Shown: positions 1-10,177 of the stretch, one piece after another | Position numbering within the stretch: position 1 is the stretch's first letter | How the letters are laid out: each line of letters opens with the position of its first letter | The notes under the pieces: model-generated | The model's database searches: none | Told to the model about the DNA's origin: nothing | The model's input: only the letters and a program-made list of their open reading frames with translations | Assembly (NCBI GenBank): GCA_963844955.1 | Contig: CAWJQJ010000006.1 | Coordinates: 18,679-82,678 of the forward strand | Direction of reading: 5' to 3' | DNA length: 64,000 nt | From: Methanotrichaceae archaeon | GTDB taxonomy: Archaea; Halobacteriota; Methanosarcinia; Methanotrichales; Methanotrichaceae | Program-made: the position numbers and the translations under genes

Positions 1-152
1 AAATTCCTCTCCAAAGAATACAACTATCACGATTACCGGCAATATTATCCCGCCTGCCATAGCCAGCATGGTAGCCTTCTTTGCCTTCCTGGCCTACCGC
101 CGAGATCGAGGCTCAATTCCCTGAGCGAGGAAGGTGAAAACTCCTGCCAGGT

Positions 153-1892
153 TTAACGGATATTTAAAATCTTCAGCCGTTTTTTCCATTCTTCTCTTCG
201 ATCATATTTCCTGCTGAAGGCCTCAATGCCCTTCGGGCTGCCCATCAGTGCCAGAATATCGCCTCTTTCTACTACCGTTTTTATGTCCGGCACAGCTATG
301 GACTGGCCCATTCGCTCCAGGGCTACCGCCCGGCAGCCGAACCTCTGCGGTAGATCCAGCTCCGCCAATGTTCTTCCCGCCAGGCGGGATCTTTTGCTCA
401 CATGGAATATCTTGAGCTCCAGATCCTCATATAAGAGATCCAGCTTCTCCTCTTCTCCCTGTATTATCCTGGTCAGCATGTGGCTGGCCACGATGGGCAA
501 GGATGCCACATAATCCGCGCCGGCCCGGTAGATCTTCTCGGCTGACTTGAGGTGATTGGCCCTCACCACCACAAAGGCATTGGGATTGAGGTTCTTGGCG
601 AGAAGGGTGGCATAAATGGCATCAGAGTCTAAGTTGAGCATGATCAATACTCCCACTGCATCCTTGATGCCCGCTTGTATCAGATCGTTCTCTTCCGTAG
701 CATCGCCGCTTATGTGCGCAAGATCTGTCTCAACCAGGTCGCGCCTGTCCAGGATCGTGGGATTCATTCCGCAGTCCGATAGCACGCCGGCCACCCGGCG
801 TCCCACATCTCCGTATCCCAGGATTATCTGGGGCCCCTCCTTGCGAGTGCCCAATGTCAGATCCCTGATGGCGGATAGCTGCTCGATATTTCCCACCGCC
901 ATCAGCACCGAGTTGGAGCTCACCGTCTCCTCGGGCCCGGGGCTGGGATGAAAGACTCCCCTCTGCCAGATGCCTACGATTCCTGTGCCCGCGTTCTTGA
1001 TCCCTATCTCTTCCAGCTTCTCTCCTATCAGCTCAGCACCCGGATAGATGGGCAGCTCCACCAGGAGAAGATCGCCGAAGAGCTGGATGGCTCCCGGAAA
1101 CACATTTTGCATAGGCGGAGAGGTGATCTGGGCGATGAAGGTTCCCAGCAGGGTTTTGGGCGAGATGATGCGGGAGGCTCCTGCGTATCTCAGGAACCTG
1201 GATCTGGTCAGATCGTCTGCCAGAGCTATAATCTCAATATCCGAGATCTCCCGCAATGTTAAAATGACCTCGGCATTAAGCTCATCATTCTCGTTGGCTA
1301 TGAAGAGGCGGGCCGAGGCCAGGTTTGCCCTTTGCAGCACCTCTGCCTGGGAAGGGTCTCCCCAGATTACGGGATAATTCCTGTAGATGCTTCTTGCCAC
1401 GCTCTCCGAACGCTCGATGATCACAAAAGGCATCTTCAGCAGAGAGAATCTCTCCGCCAGAGTCTCTACAATGGGATTGAATCCGGAGATAATTATATGG
1501 TCGTTCATCTTCACCAGGGCGGAGGTGGGATCAACCCGGATCATGCGCTCCAGATTGGGAGTTATGCCCAGTGGAACCACTACCGCCCAGAGGATGGCAA
1601 TCCCGGAGAGGGAGACAATGATCGTAAAAAAGTACCCAATTGAGGTTTTAAAGACGATATCTCCGAAGCCCAGAGTGGTCATGGTCACCACAACCCAGTA
1701 GACGGCTGAGGCAAGGTTGACATTCTGGTGCTGGCCCTCGTATCTCATCAATGCCATGAATACGAGGCTGTAGACCAGCAAAATGAGCAAGAGCGAGAGA
1801 AACAGCCTGTAGTTGCGCAGTAGAGATCCCCTTATGCGAATAAATCCACAAGAAAGCGGATAAACTTGACGCTTCAATTCCGGGAGAACCAA
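153..1892 (-). CDS. Potassium channel protein with pore domain and two TrkA-N/TrkA-C (RCK) repeats
   Basis: VTMTTLGFGD selectivity filter; two Rossmann-like RCK domains (IISGFN, ILGYGDVG); start uncertain. Confidence 0.9.
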   Translation of the reverse strand: MVLPELKRQVYPLSCGFIRIRGSLLRNYRLFLSLLLILLVYSLVFMALMRYEGQHQNVNLASAVYWVVVTMTTLGFGDIVFKTSIGYFFTIIVSLSGIAILWAVVVPLGITPNLERMIRVDPTSALVKMNDHIIISGFNPIVETLAERFSLLKMPFVIIERSESVARSIYRNYPVIWGDPSQAEVLQRANLASARLFIANENDELNAEVILTLREISDIEIIALADDLTRSRFLRYAGASRIISPKTLLGTFIAQITSPPMQNVFPGAIQLFGDLLLVELPIYPGAELIGEKLEEIGIKNAGTGIVGIWQRGVFHPSPGPEETVSSNSVLMAVGNIEQLSAIRDLTLGTRKEGPQIILGYGDVGRRVAGVLSDCGMNPTILDRRDLVETDLAHISGDATEENDLIQAGIKDAVGVLIMLNLDSDAIYATLLAKNLNPNAFVVVRANHLKSAEKIYRAGADYVASLPIVASHMLTRIIQGEEEKLDLLYEDLELKIFHVSKRSRLAGRTLAELDLPQRFGCRAVALERMGQSIAVPDIKTVVERGDILALMGSPKGIEAFSRKYDRREEWKKRLKILNIR

Positions 1893-3847
1893 CCTGCCAG
1901 CCGGTCTATCTTCTCCCCCGGCCCCATAAGAACGGCAACATCTTCCGCTTGCAGCAGCGTGCTATCGTCCGGATTGGCAATGGTCTGCAGATTTCTGTGC
2001 AGGGCCAGGAGTTTGATGCCCTGCCCTTCCAGATCGGCCTCTGCCACCGTTCTTCCCTCTGCCGGTGCTCCTGCTTGAACCGCAAGAGAGCGAATCTCAT
2101 CGCTCAGCATGCTCAAATTGGCATTGCAGTATGGTTCCTGGGAAGGGCTCCGGAACATCTCATAGCTCTCCGACCTGATGTGATCTATGAACTGCTCGAT
2201 CTTTTCCCTGGGCACTTCATAGCGTTCCAGCACCCGGGCGAAGATCTCCATGGATGTCTCAAATTCCTCAGGAATAACCTCATCCGCCCCAAGTTCATGC
2301 AGCGGCTTCATCTCTTGAAGGTAACGCGTTCTGACGATGATAAACAGGTCGGGATTGATCCTTCTGGCAAGCTCGGTTATCCTGCGTGTGGCTGCCGGAT
2401 CCGATATGGCTATTGCCGCAACTCTTGCGCTCTTCATGCCGACATATCGCAGTACGGCTTCCTGGGAGGCATCGCCAAAGCAGATCGGCTCTCCTTTTTT
2501 CTCTTCTTGCATCACTATTTCGGGGTCCATTTCAACTATGACAAAGGGTATGCCTTCCGATCGGGCGGACAATGCCACGTTCCTGCCGTTCACACCGTAG
2601 CCGATGATGACCAGATGATCTTTCCATTGGGATTCTTTAGCTGCGGCCATCGGCAGGGTTCCATTCTTCAATCTATCCGGAATGGGGAGCCTCAAAAAGC
2701 CGTCCGCCACCTTTGGCGAGACGGACATGAGAATGGATGTAGCCCCCATGGTTAGCACAGCGACATCGAGGAAGAGCTGGTAGATGTCCGCCGAGATGAT
2801 GCCGCTCTCAAACCCAGTTTTGGATAATATGAAAGAGAATTCTCCTATCTGACATAAGGCCAGTCCCACCAGGACACTTATGCGCAGCGGAAGGCCCAAA
2901 AAGGATACGGCAAAGCCGGCGATTAAGGCCTTTAGGGCCACAACCGCCAGCGTTGCCAGCAATATATAGACCGGATTTTGCAGCAGAAAATCCAGGTCAA
3001 GGAGCATGCCTATGGAGATGAAGAAGAAGCTGGTAAAGGCGTCACGAAGGGGTATGATATTGCCAAAGGCCTGGTGGCTGTAGGGAGACTCGGAGATGAT
3101 GAGCCCGGCCAGAAAAGCGCCAAGGCCCAAAGACAGCCCTGCCAGCGAGCTTACCCAGGCTACGCTAAGGCAGATGGCAACGATTGTGAGAAGGAACAGC
3201 TCTCTATCTGCCGTTCGGGCGATGTGATAGAGAATTTGGGGCACTATCCACTTGGCGCTGATAATTACCAGAGCAATCAGCCCCAAGCCTTTGAGCACTA
3301 TAAGCCAGGGCGATTCCGGCGCAGCCTGTACCGCTCCTGGCAGCAGCGGCACAATGAGCATCATGGGCACAACGGCAATATCCTGAAAGATCAGTATGCC
3401 CAGGGTGGTCCGGCCGTAAGTGCTATCGAATTGCTCCTTTTTCTGAATAATGCGAAGGACGATGGCCGTGCTGCTCAAAGAGACGAGAAAGCCGAGCAGC
3501 ATCGCCTCGCCCGGGGGCATCTCCATCCAAAAAAGAACGGCAGAGACTGCCAGAATTGTCAGAAATACCTGAAGCGATCCGCCCACAAGAACATATTTCT
3601 TGATCTTCAGGAGATCCTTGAGAGAGACCTCGATTCCAACCGTAAAAAGGAGAAGGACCACTCCAATCTCGGCCAGGACGGCTACCTGTTCCGAGGCGCT
3701 TATCAAGCCGAAACCATGCGGTCCTGCTAAAATCCCGGTAAGCAGAAAGCCCACAATTGTCGGTGCCCGGAGCCTGTGGAATAGGAAGAGAACTGCCACA
3801 GATAGCACGAATATTATCACAATATCTTTGAGAAGCTCCAGTTCCAT
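1874..3847 (-). CDS. CPA2/KefC-type cation:proton antiporter with TrkA domains
   Basis: About 12 hydrophobic segments, SLSSTAIV and GILIFQDI motifs, C-terminal IIGYGVNG RCK domain. Confidence 0.92.
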   Translation of the reverse strand: MELELLKDIVIIFVLSVAVLFLFHRLRAPTIVGFLLTGILAGPHGFGLISASEQVAVLAEIGVVLLLFTVGIEVSLKDLLKIKKYVLVGGSLQVFLTILAVSAVLFWMEMPPGEAMLLGFLVSLSSTAIVLRIIQKKEQFDSTYGRTTLGILIFQDIAVVPMMLIVPLLPGAVQAAPESPWLIVLKGLGLIALVIISAKWIVPQILYHIARTADRELFLLTIVAICLSVAWVSSLAGLSLGLGAFLAGLIISESPYSHQAFGNIIPLRDAFTSFFFISIGMLLDLDFLLQNPVYILLATLAVVALKALIAGFAVSFLGLPLRISVLVGLALCQIGEFSFILSKTGFESGIISADIYQLFLDVAVLTMGATSILMSVSPKVADGFLRLPIPDRLKNGTLPMAAAKESQWKDHLVIIGYGVNGRNVALSARSEGIPFVIVEMDPEIVMQEEKKGEPICFGDASQEAVLRYVGMKSARVAAIAISDPAATRRITELARRINPDLFIIVRTRYLQEMKPLHELGADEVIPEEFETSMEIFARVLERYEVPREKIEQFIDHIRSESYEMFRSPSQEPYCNANLSMLSDEIRSLAVQAGAPAEGRTVAEADLEGQGIKLLALHRNLQTIANPDDSTLLQAEDVAVLMGPGEKIDRLAGWFSRN

Positions 3848-3863
3848 CAGCAGGCCTTCTGGT

Positions 3864-4682
3864 TCAGTCCGATTTAAGCATTCTGATCAGCTTTTCTGTT
3901 TGCCGGCTTATCCGGGCAAGCAGACGCTCAAATCGCTCGCTTTCCGGGCCGGCGAAGGCCACAGCCGCTCCCTTCCATCTTCCGCCATCAAGGCCGGCCT
4001 GTGCAAATTGCAGCTCGAATGTCACGAGCGGACAGGGCGCGCTCTTCATATCCGTCATGTGCCACCACAGGACAATCCATCCCCGCTCTCTGGCTCTTTG
4101 CAGCAGCACCTCTGCAAGCCGGAGATCTTCGGGAACGATGTAAGGAGGATCGATGAAGAGCAGTCCCTCCCGAGATCTGTTCAGATGCGAGAGCACTCCG
4201 GCAAAGCCGTCTGCCTGGTGAAAGGCGATTTGCGCCGGAAAAGATGCTGCGGATTTTGCGGCCTTGGAGAAGCCCTCCCAGGAGCCTGCTACGCCCGGAT
4301 CTATATCCCAGACATCAGCCTGCAATTTTGCTCCCTTCCTCTTCGCCAGCTCATAGATGAGGCGGGCGGATCCGGGATAAAGCATGGGTCGGGAAATCGC
4401 TTCCGAACCGGTCACGGAAGACTGATTTTGGCAATTCAAGTCGGCCAGGATATCAAAATAGCAAAAATTTCTAAGGGAGGGCAGAAACGGCCGGATCTTG
4501 CCGATTCCCCCCTCCCAATCACCGGGCGCTCTCAAGGCATAATCGGGGCGTCCCACATGGCTTTCCGCATAAACCAGGCTGCCGTCGGGGTTGAGGAGGC
4601 ACTCTGCCGCCTCCAGCAGTAGGAAATGCTTCCAGACATCGCCTGCATTGCCTGCATGCACTCTGTGATCGTAATGGCCCAT
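3864..4682 (-). CDS. rlmJ: RlmJ-like (23S rRNA m6A2030) adenine methyltransferase family protein
   Basis: N-terminus YDHRVHAGNAGDVWKH resembles RlmJ YRHSFHAGNHADVLKH; YPGS and FIDPPY motifs; start set at MGHYDH. Confidence 0.7.
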   Translation of the reverse strand: MGHYDHRVHAGNAGDVWKHFLLLEAAECLLNPDGSLVYAESHVGRPDYALRAPGDWEGGIGKIRPFLPSLRNFCYFDILADLNCQNQSSVTGSEAISRPMLYPGSARLIYELAKRKGAKLQADVWDIDPGVAGSWEGFSKAAKSAASFPAQIAFHQADGFAGVLSHLNRSREGLLFIDPPYIVPEDLRLAEVLLQRARERGWIVLWWHMTDMKSAPCPLVTFELQFAQAGLDGGRWKGAAVAFAGPESERFERLLARISRQTEKLIRMLKSD

Positions 4683-4698
4683 CTCGGGCTCTGGTCTT

Positions 4699-5151
4699 TC
4701 ACTCCTGGTACATCTTCTTGGCGATGTTGAATGCCTGGGCCGGGGTGGCGACGGCGATCTTCTGGGAATCGTCAAAGGAAGCTTTGGAGGCGGCAGCCGT
4801 GGCAGCAGCTGTACGCAGCAGCTTCTTGTCAACCTCGTTGGTCAGCCAGCGCGCTCCTCCTATTCCCACCAGCACGGCCCCGGCAATGGATGATATGGAG
4901 ACGGAAATCTCCTCGGTTCCCATTCCGGACGCGCCCCAGATCACTGCATTGCTGAAGGCTCCGTAAAGGCCCCAGGAGATGAACGCGGCCACTGCCCCCA
5001 GAAGTATGTTTCCGGCAAAGCCGGGCCGAATTATGGTGACGTCGCCCGCCGTTTCCTCACTGGGCCTGACAAAGCCGTTGTCGCTCACCAGTGCATTCAC
5101 TATTCCGCCTACTGCGCCGCTCAGCATCACTATGCCGATAGGTATCAACAT
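4699..5151 (-). CDS. Small membrane protein of unknown function (3 TM, Gly-rich)
   Basis: GAVGGIVNAL, GNILLGAVAAF and GIGGARWL hydrophobic helices. Confidence 0.7.
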   Translation of the reverse strand: MLIPIGIVMLSGAVGGIVNALVSDNGFVRPSEETAGDVTIIRPGFAGNILLGAVAAFISWGLYGAFSNAVIWGASGMGTEEISVSISSIAGAVLVGIGGARWLTNEVDKKLLRTAAATAAASKASFDDSQKIAVATPAQAFNIAKKMYQE

Positions 5152-5414
5152 TGACGTTTTATCATCCCCCTTTCAAGCCTGCTTCTCAAGCCGGATTTCG
5201 GAAAGCTGCATCCATCCCCTCGATGGCGATGAAGACCCGTCCGCTCTTGTACTCCCTTTCCGTTATTTATTTCTTAATAATTTTTTTAAGAATGATTTAT
5301 CCTAATACTATTTAAACTTTGTTGTTCTGATGTTCAGAACATGCAAGTCCAGAAGCTACAGTGACAATGAATTTTCAAGAGCACTGAAGAAATATTGGCC
5401 GATTTTCGATCTGC

Positions 5415-6119
5415 TTACAGTTTTTTCCCCAGATATAACCTGCTCACCTCAGGATTGTCAAGCAGGCTTTTCGCGGGACCTTGCAAACGATTTCTGCCTC
5501 TCTCAAGAATGTAGCCTCGATCGCTTATGGCCAAAGCCCTTCGGGCATTCTGCTCAACCATCAGTACGGTCACACCGCGCTCATTTATCGCCTTGATCTC
5601 GGCAAAGAGCTGGCCCATGATCCTGGGCGATAATGCAGCAGAGGGCTCATCCAGCAGAATAATGGCAGGTTCTGTAACCATTGCTCTACCCACAGCCAGC
5701 ATCTTCTGCTCACCACCGCTCAATGTTCCTGCCTTCTGGCCTATTCTGCCGGCCAGCTCCGGGAATATCTCCAGTATAAATTCCAGGCGCTCTTTAATCC
5801 GTCCACCCATCAGGAAGGCCCCTATCTCAAGGTTTTCTTTCACTGTGAGTGTAGGAAAGATATTCTTCTCCTGAGGCACATAGGCCAGGCCCAGCCTGAC
5901 CAGCTCATCCGGCTTTTTCCCTGTTATATCATGGCCCCTAAAATCGATTTTGCCTCCCCGAAGCCTGGTAAGGCCAAAGACGGTCTTCATGAGAGTTGAT
6001 TTTCCGGAACCGTTCGGACCTATGATGGTTACTATCTCCCCCTGGTCTATGTGCAAAGATATGTCCTGGATGATGTTCTCATCCGTGTAGCCCGCGGTAA
6101 CTGCTTCAAGATTGAGCAT
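5415..6119 (-). CDS. livF: Branched-chain amino acid ABC transporter ATPase (LivF-like)
   Basis: GPNGSGKST Walker A, LSGGE signature, LLDEP; operon context. Confidence 0.9.
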   Translation of the reverse strand: MLNLEAVTAGYTDENIIQDISLHIDQGEIVTIIGPNGSGKSTLMKTVFGLTRLRGGKIDFRGHDITGKKPDELVRLGLAYVPQEKNIFPTLTVKENLEIGAFLMGGRIKERLEFILEIFPELAGRIGQKAGTLSGGEQKMLAVGRAMVTEPAIILLDEPSAALSPRIMGQLFAEIKAINERGVTVLMVEQNARRALAISDRGYILERGRNRLQGPAKSLLDNPEVSRLYLGKKL

Positions 6120-6885
6120 CAAAACCTGTCCCCAGGTAGGCTTCAAAAACACGTCGGTCTGCAATGATCTCTTCAGGCCGGCCATGGGCCAGCACAGCAC
6201 CTTTGTTCAGAACATATACCTCATCCGAAAGTGCGACGACATAGGGTATACCATGCTCGATTATCATTATGGTGAGACCCTTTTCCTTGAGTATCTTGAT
6301 GCGCTCGATAAGCCTGTCCGCAAGCGACGGATTTACACCTGCAAAGGGCTCATCCAGGAGCAGGAGCTTTGGATCGGCCATCAGGGCGCGGGCCATCTCC
6401 AGCATCTTTTTCTGTCCGCCGGATAGGGATCCTGCATATTCATCTCTCATGCGCAGGAGATCAAAGAATTCTAATATATCTGCGGCCTTTTTTTCTATGC
6501 TTTTTTCTTCAGATTTCACTTTTTGCCGTCTGATAATGGGACTGCAGATCTTCTCCCCGATCTGCCCCTGGGCCCCGAGCATCATATTCTCGAGCACGGT
6601 CATCCTCATCAGAGCCCTCGGTATCTGAAATGTCCGGATAAGCCCCAGGCGCGCGATCTTATGGGCAGGCAGGCCTGTGATCTCCTTCTCCTGAAAGAGG
6701 ATGCTTCCTGCGTCGGGCATCACAAATCCCGAGATGAGATCGAATAATGTGCTCTTTCCGGCTCCATTGGGCCCTATCAGACCTACGATCGTCCCTTCAT
6801 TGACCGTTAAGCTGCATACATCAACGGCAAGAATGCCCCCGAAGCTTTTTTTGGCCTCCTTTATGGAGAGGATCTCACCTGCCAA
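6106..6885 (-). CDS. livG: Branched-chain amino acid ABC transporter ATPase (LivG-like)
   Basis: GPNGAGKST, RTFQ, LSGGQ, LLDEP, EAYLG C-terminus. Confidence 0.9.
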   Translation of the reverse strand: MAGEILSIKEAKKSFGGILAVDVCSLTVNEGTIVGLIGPNGAGKSTLFDLISGFVMPDAGSILFQEKEITGLPAHKIARLGLIRTFQIPRALMRMTVLENMMLGAQGQIGEKICSPIIRRQKVKSEEKSIEKKAADILEFFDLLRMRDEYAGSLSGGQKKMLEMARALMADPKLLLLDEPFAGVNPSLADRLIERIKILKEKGLTIMIIEHGIPYVVALSDEVYVLNKGAVLAHGRPEEIIADRRVFEAYLGTGFDAQS

Positions 6886-7747
6886 TGGCCAGTTCCTCCT
6901 TCCTTCCCAGTATACCCTGCGGCCGAAACATCATAAGGACTATCAGGATCGTGCCGATAAGCACGATACGCATGGCACTGGCCGCAGATGGACTGAAGTA
7001 GAGGTATCCCTCAATAAAGCGAGTTGTGCTGAAGAAGCCCCAGAGCAGGATCGCCCCAATGATTGTGCCTCTATTGTTCCCGCTGCCGCCCATTATCACT
7101 ATGATCCAGGCATAGAATGTCTCCACAGGCTGAAAGTTCATGGGATTGATGTACTGCAGATAGAATGCCAGGAGAGAGCCGGATAGTGCGGCTATGGCGG
7201 ACCCCAAGACCAGGGTCTGTATCTTGTACTGAAAAGCATTCTTGCCAAGTGATACGGAGACTGCCTCGTCGTCCCTTATGGATTTGAGGACCCTGCCCCA
7301 GGGCGATCTTGCCAGAATCTCAAGGAGAGCGTATACAACTGCAAGGGCAAAGACTACGATGCACATCAGAAGCAGATTATAATCCTGAGCGCTTACCAGA
7401 TCCTGAAATGGTCGGGGATAACCATAGAGTCCAAAAGAGCCTTTCGTAAGCCATGCCTCATTGAGCAGAAGAAACCTCAGTATCTCGGAGAAGCCGATAG
7501 TGACTATGGCCAGGTAATCCTCACGAAGCTTCAGGGTGGCCACTCCCAGGAAGGCTCCTGCCACCCCTGCCAGGATCATGCCTGCCAAAACTGCAAGCGG
7601 CAAAGAGATCCCATTCATGCTTAAGAGAATTGTGGCGTAAGCTCCGATGGCCATGAAGGCAACATGCCCGAAATTGAGAAGCCCCGCATAACCCCACTGC
7701 AAATTCAGCCCCAGGGCAAAGATACCATAAATTCCAGCTATGAGCAT
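6875..7747 (-). CDS. livM: Branched-chain amino acid ABC permease (LivM-like)
   Basis: GLNLQWGYAGLLNFGH, LREDYLAIVT, FRPQGILG motifs. Confidence 0.9.
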   Translation of the reverse strand: MLIAGIYGIFALGLNLQWGYAGLLNFGHVAFMAIGAYATILLSMNGISLPLAVLAGMILAGVAGAFLGVATLKLREDYLAIVTIGFSEILRFLLLNEAWLTKGSFGLYGYPRPFQDLVSAQDYNLLLMCIVVFALAVVYALLEILARSPWGRVLKSIRDDEAVSVSLGKNAFQYKIQTLVLGSAIAALSGSLLAFYLQYINPMNFQPVETFYAWIIVIMGGSGNNRGTIIGAILLWGFFSTTRFIEGYLYFSPSAASAMRIVLIGTILIVLMMFRPQGILGRKEELAIGR

Positions 7748-7772
7748 TATTGATATTAAATAATCGAGCAGG

Positions 7773-8630
7773 TCATCTCCCTCCCATGAGGCCCTTAGGG
7801 CGGAATAACAGCATTGCGATCATAATGACAAAGCTGACTGCGGTCTTGTATTCAGCAGGCAAGAAGGCCGTAGATACCTCCTGAGAGAGGCCGATAATCA
7901 TTCCTCCGGCCATAGCCCCATAGGCGTTGCCAATGCCGCCCAGTATCGCAGCCGCGAACATGGGCAGGATGATAGACCATCCCATATTCGGATTTATGTG
8001 GGTTATCGATCCGTACATTATTCCCGCCAGTGCTGCCAGGCCCATGCTGACCGCCCAGGTATGCCTTATAACTTTATCGACATCTATACCTGAGATCCTG
8101 GCCAGATCAGGATTGTCAGCCAGGGCCCTCATGCTTTTTCCGAGAGCAGTCCTGCTCAAAAGCGCATGGACCAGCAGCATAGCTGCAAAGGCAATAAAAA
8201 CAACACCTATCTGAAGGTCGGTAAAGACAATGCCTCCCAGGCTCATGCCTTCCCGAACCGGCAGAGGAAATCTCTTCACATCCGAATTGAAAATTATGAT
8301 CAATAAATTCCTCAAAGAGAGAGAAACGCCTATCGATAAGATCATTATTGCCGTTCTGCTCGCACCCTTCGACCGCATAGGTTTCCAGACCGCATAATCC
8401 AGGGCGATGGCAAATGCTGCTGTGGCGATTATTGCCATAGCGCACGCTGCCGAAAAATCGATATTGAAGCTTGCTGCAGAATGAAGAGCCAGATAAGCTC
8501 CCAGAGTCAGAAAATCGCCATGAGCGAAATTGGCAAAATTTAAGATCCGGTATGCCATCGATAGGCCTATGGCCGCCAGGGCAATGATGCACCCATAAAT
8601 GATTCCATTAGCTACAAGCTGCTCGATCAT
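7773..8630 (-). CDS. livH: Branched-chain amino acid ABC permease (LivH-like)
   Basis: NFAHGDF, GKSMRALADN, ILGGIGN, FRPKGLMG motifs. Confidence 0.9.
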   Translation of the reverse strand: MIEQLVANGIIYGCIIALAAIGLSMAYRILNFANFAHGDFLTLGAYLALHSAASFNIDFSAACAMAIIATAAFAIALDYAVWKPMRSKGASRTAIMILSIGVSLSLRNLLIIIFNSDVKRFPLPVREGMSLGGIVFTDLQIGVVFIAFAAMLLVHALLSRTALGKSMRALADNPDLARISGIDVDKVIRHTWAVSMGLAALAGIMYGSITHINPNMGWSIILPMFAAAILGGIGNAYGAMAGGMIIGLSQEVSTAFLPAEYKTAVSFVIMIAMLLFRPKGLMGGR

Positions 8631-8784
8631 GGCACCCAATCTTTGCAGATGCTGGAGCGTTGACCTATTTTTATCTTTCCCTGCGGATGAGACAAAATCG
8701 GATAAAGACGGCGACAGATATATATTCAATCTGCCTGCTAGCATCCTGCCAAAGATGCAATATATGATAGGATGGATTTTAGTG

Positions 8785-10038
8785 ATGAGGGCAGGAGCAT
8801 ATTTCATAACAATAGCTTTAATTCTTGTTGTTTTTTTATCGGGATGTGTGGAAAAGCAAGAGGATAAGGGCAGCAGCGTGCAGGTGCAGGGAGATGTTAA
8901 AATCGGAGTGCTGCAATCTCTGACAGGCGATCTGGGAGCTTACGGCGGCCCCATGACCGATGCCATGAAGCTGGCAGCCAAGCAGATCAATGCCAATGGC
9001 GGCCTTCTGGGAAAGCAGCTCATACTATTGGCGGAGGATGACCAGACCAACAACGTTGCTGCAGTTGATGCCGTCAATAAGCTGGTCAAGGTGGATAGGG
9101 TTTCGGCAATTGTGGGCGCTACCGGCAGCGGTCCAAGCATGTCCGTAATCGATATCACTACCAAAAGCGGAGTGCTGCAGATATCTTCATCCAATACAGG
9201 CACCGAGTTTTCTACTTATGACGACAATGACCTCTACTTCAGAACCGCCTCTTCCGATGCCCTGCAGGGAGCGGCAATGGCCGAGCTGGCCAAGGAGCTG
9301 GGGTATAAGACGGCCTCAACCATTGTGATAAATAATCCCTATGGAGTGGGCTTTGAGGATGTATTCGTGAAGGCCTTTGAGGGCGATGGCGGCCAGGTGC
9401 TGGAGAGTGTGAGGTATGATCCATCTCAAACGATCTTCGATTCGGAGGTCCAGAGGATTGCCGACAGCAAAGCAGAGTTCGTAATGATGGTCTCCTATCC
9501 GGAGACGGGAAGCCTCATACTCAAGACCGCCTACGAGAAGGGCGCATTAAAGACAACCCCCTGGCTCCTGTCAGAAGGCTTGAAGGCCGAGACCCTGGCA
9601 GATCTGGTGGGCAAGGATTCTTCCGACAGGTACATAGCTGCCGGTCTGCAGGGCCTGGCTCCCGATCCGAGTGCGGGCGGAGAGGCTAATGATGCATTCA
9701 ATAAGCTGTACACTGCAGAGTACGAAAAACAGCCTGGAATCTACTGCTCCAATAGCTACGATGCCGTGGCAGTGGTGGCCCTTGCCATTGAACAGTCTAA
9801 GAATGCTACTGGCAGGGCAATTGCCGATAGCATAAGGACTGTTGCCAATCCACCGGGAGTCGAGGTCTCAGACCTGGGGCAGGCATTGAAGCTGGTGAGA
9901 GAAGGAAAGGACATCAACTATCAGGGAGCATCCGGAGAGATAACCTTCGATGACAACGGAGATGTGAGCGGGACTTACTCAGTCTGGACCGTAGCTGAAA
10001 ACGGCACTCTGATCTCCGGCGAAAAGATCGCAGTCTGA
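8785..10038 (+). CDS. ABC transporter substrate-binding lipoprotein (LivJ/K family)
   Basis: Lipobox FLSGC, INANGGLLG, YQGASGEITFD; divergent from the permeases. Confidence 0.9.
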   Translation: MRAGAYFITIALILVVFLSGCVEKQEDKGSSVQVQGDVKIGVLQSLTGDLGAYGGPMTDAMKLAAKQINANGGLLGKQLILLAEDDQTNNVAAVDAVNKLVKVDRVSAIVGATGSGPSMSVIDITTKSGVLQISSSNTGTEFSTYDDNDLYFRTASSDALQGAAMAELAKELGYKTASTIVINNPYGVGFEDVFVKAFEGDGGQVLESVRYDPSQTIFDSEVQRIADSKAEFVMMVSYPETGSLILKTAYEKGALKTTPWLLSEGLKAETLADLVGKDSSDRYIAAGLQGLAPDPSAGGEANDAFNKLYTAEYEKQPGIYCSNSYDAVAVVALAIEQSKNATGRAIADSIRTVANPPGVEVSDLGQALKLVREGKDINYQGASGEITFDDNGDVSGTYSVWTVAENGTLISGEKIAV

Positions 10039-10177
10039 TCTCTTCGGGATTCATTTTTTTTCCCATAACTTTCAGCCAATGCCAAAATTGATATACGCTT
10101 TTCCACACTATGATCGCCTGGCAATAAGCCCGAGAGGCATTATCCGCCATGAATACAAATAGAGTGAGCCTCTGACA

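Noticed and set aside
1949-4622. Long + strand ORFs opposite the antiporter and rlmJ-like genes
   Set aside because: Antisense shadows of well-supported minus-strand genes.
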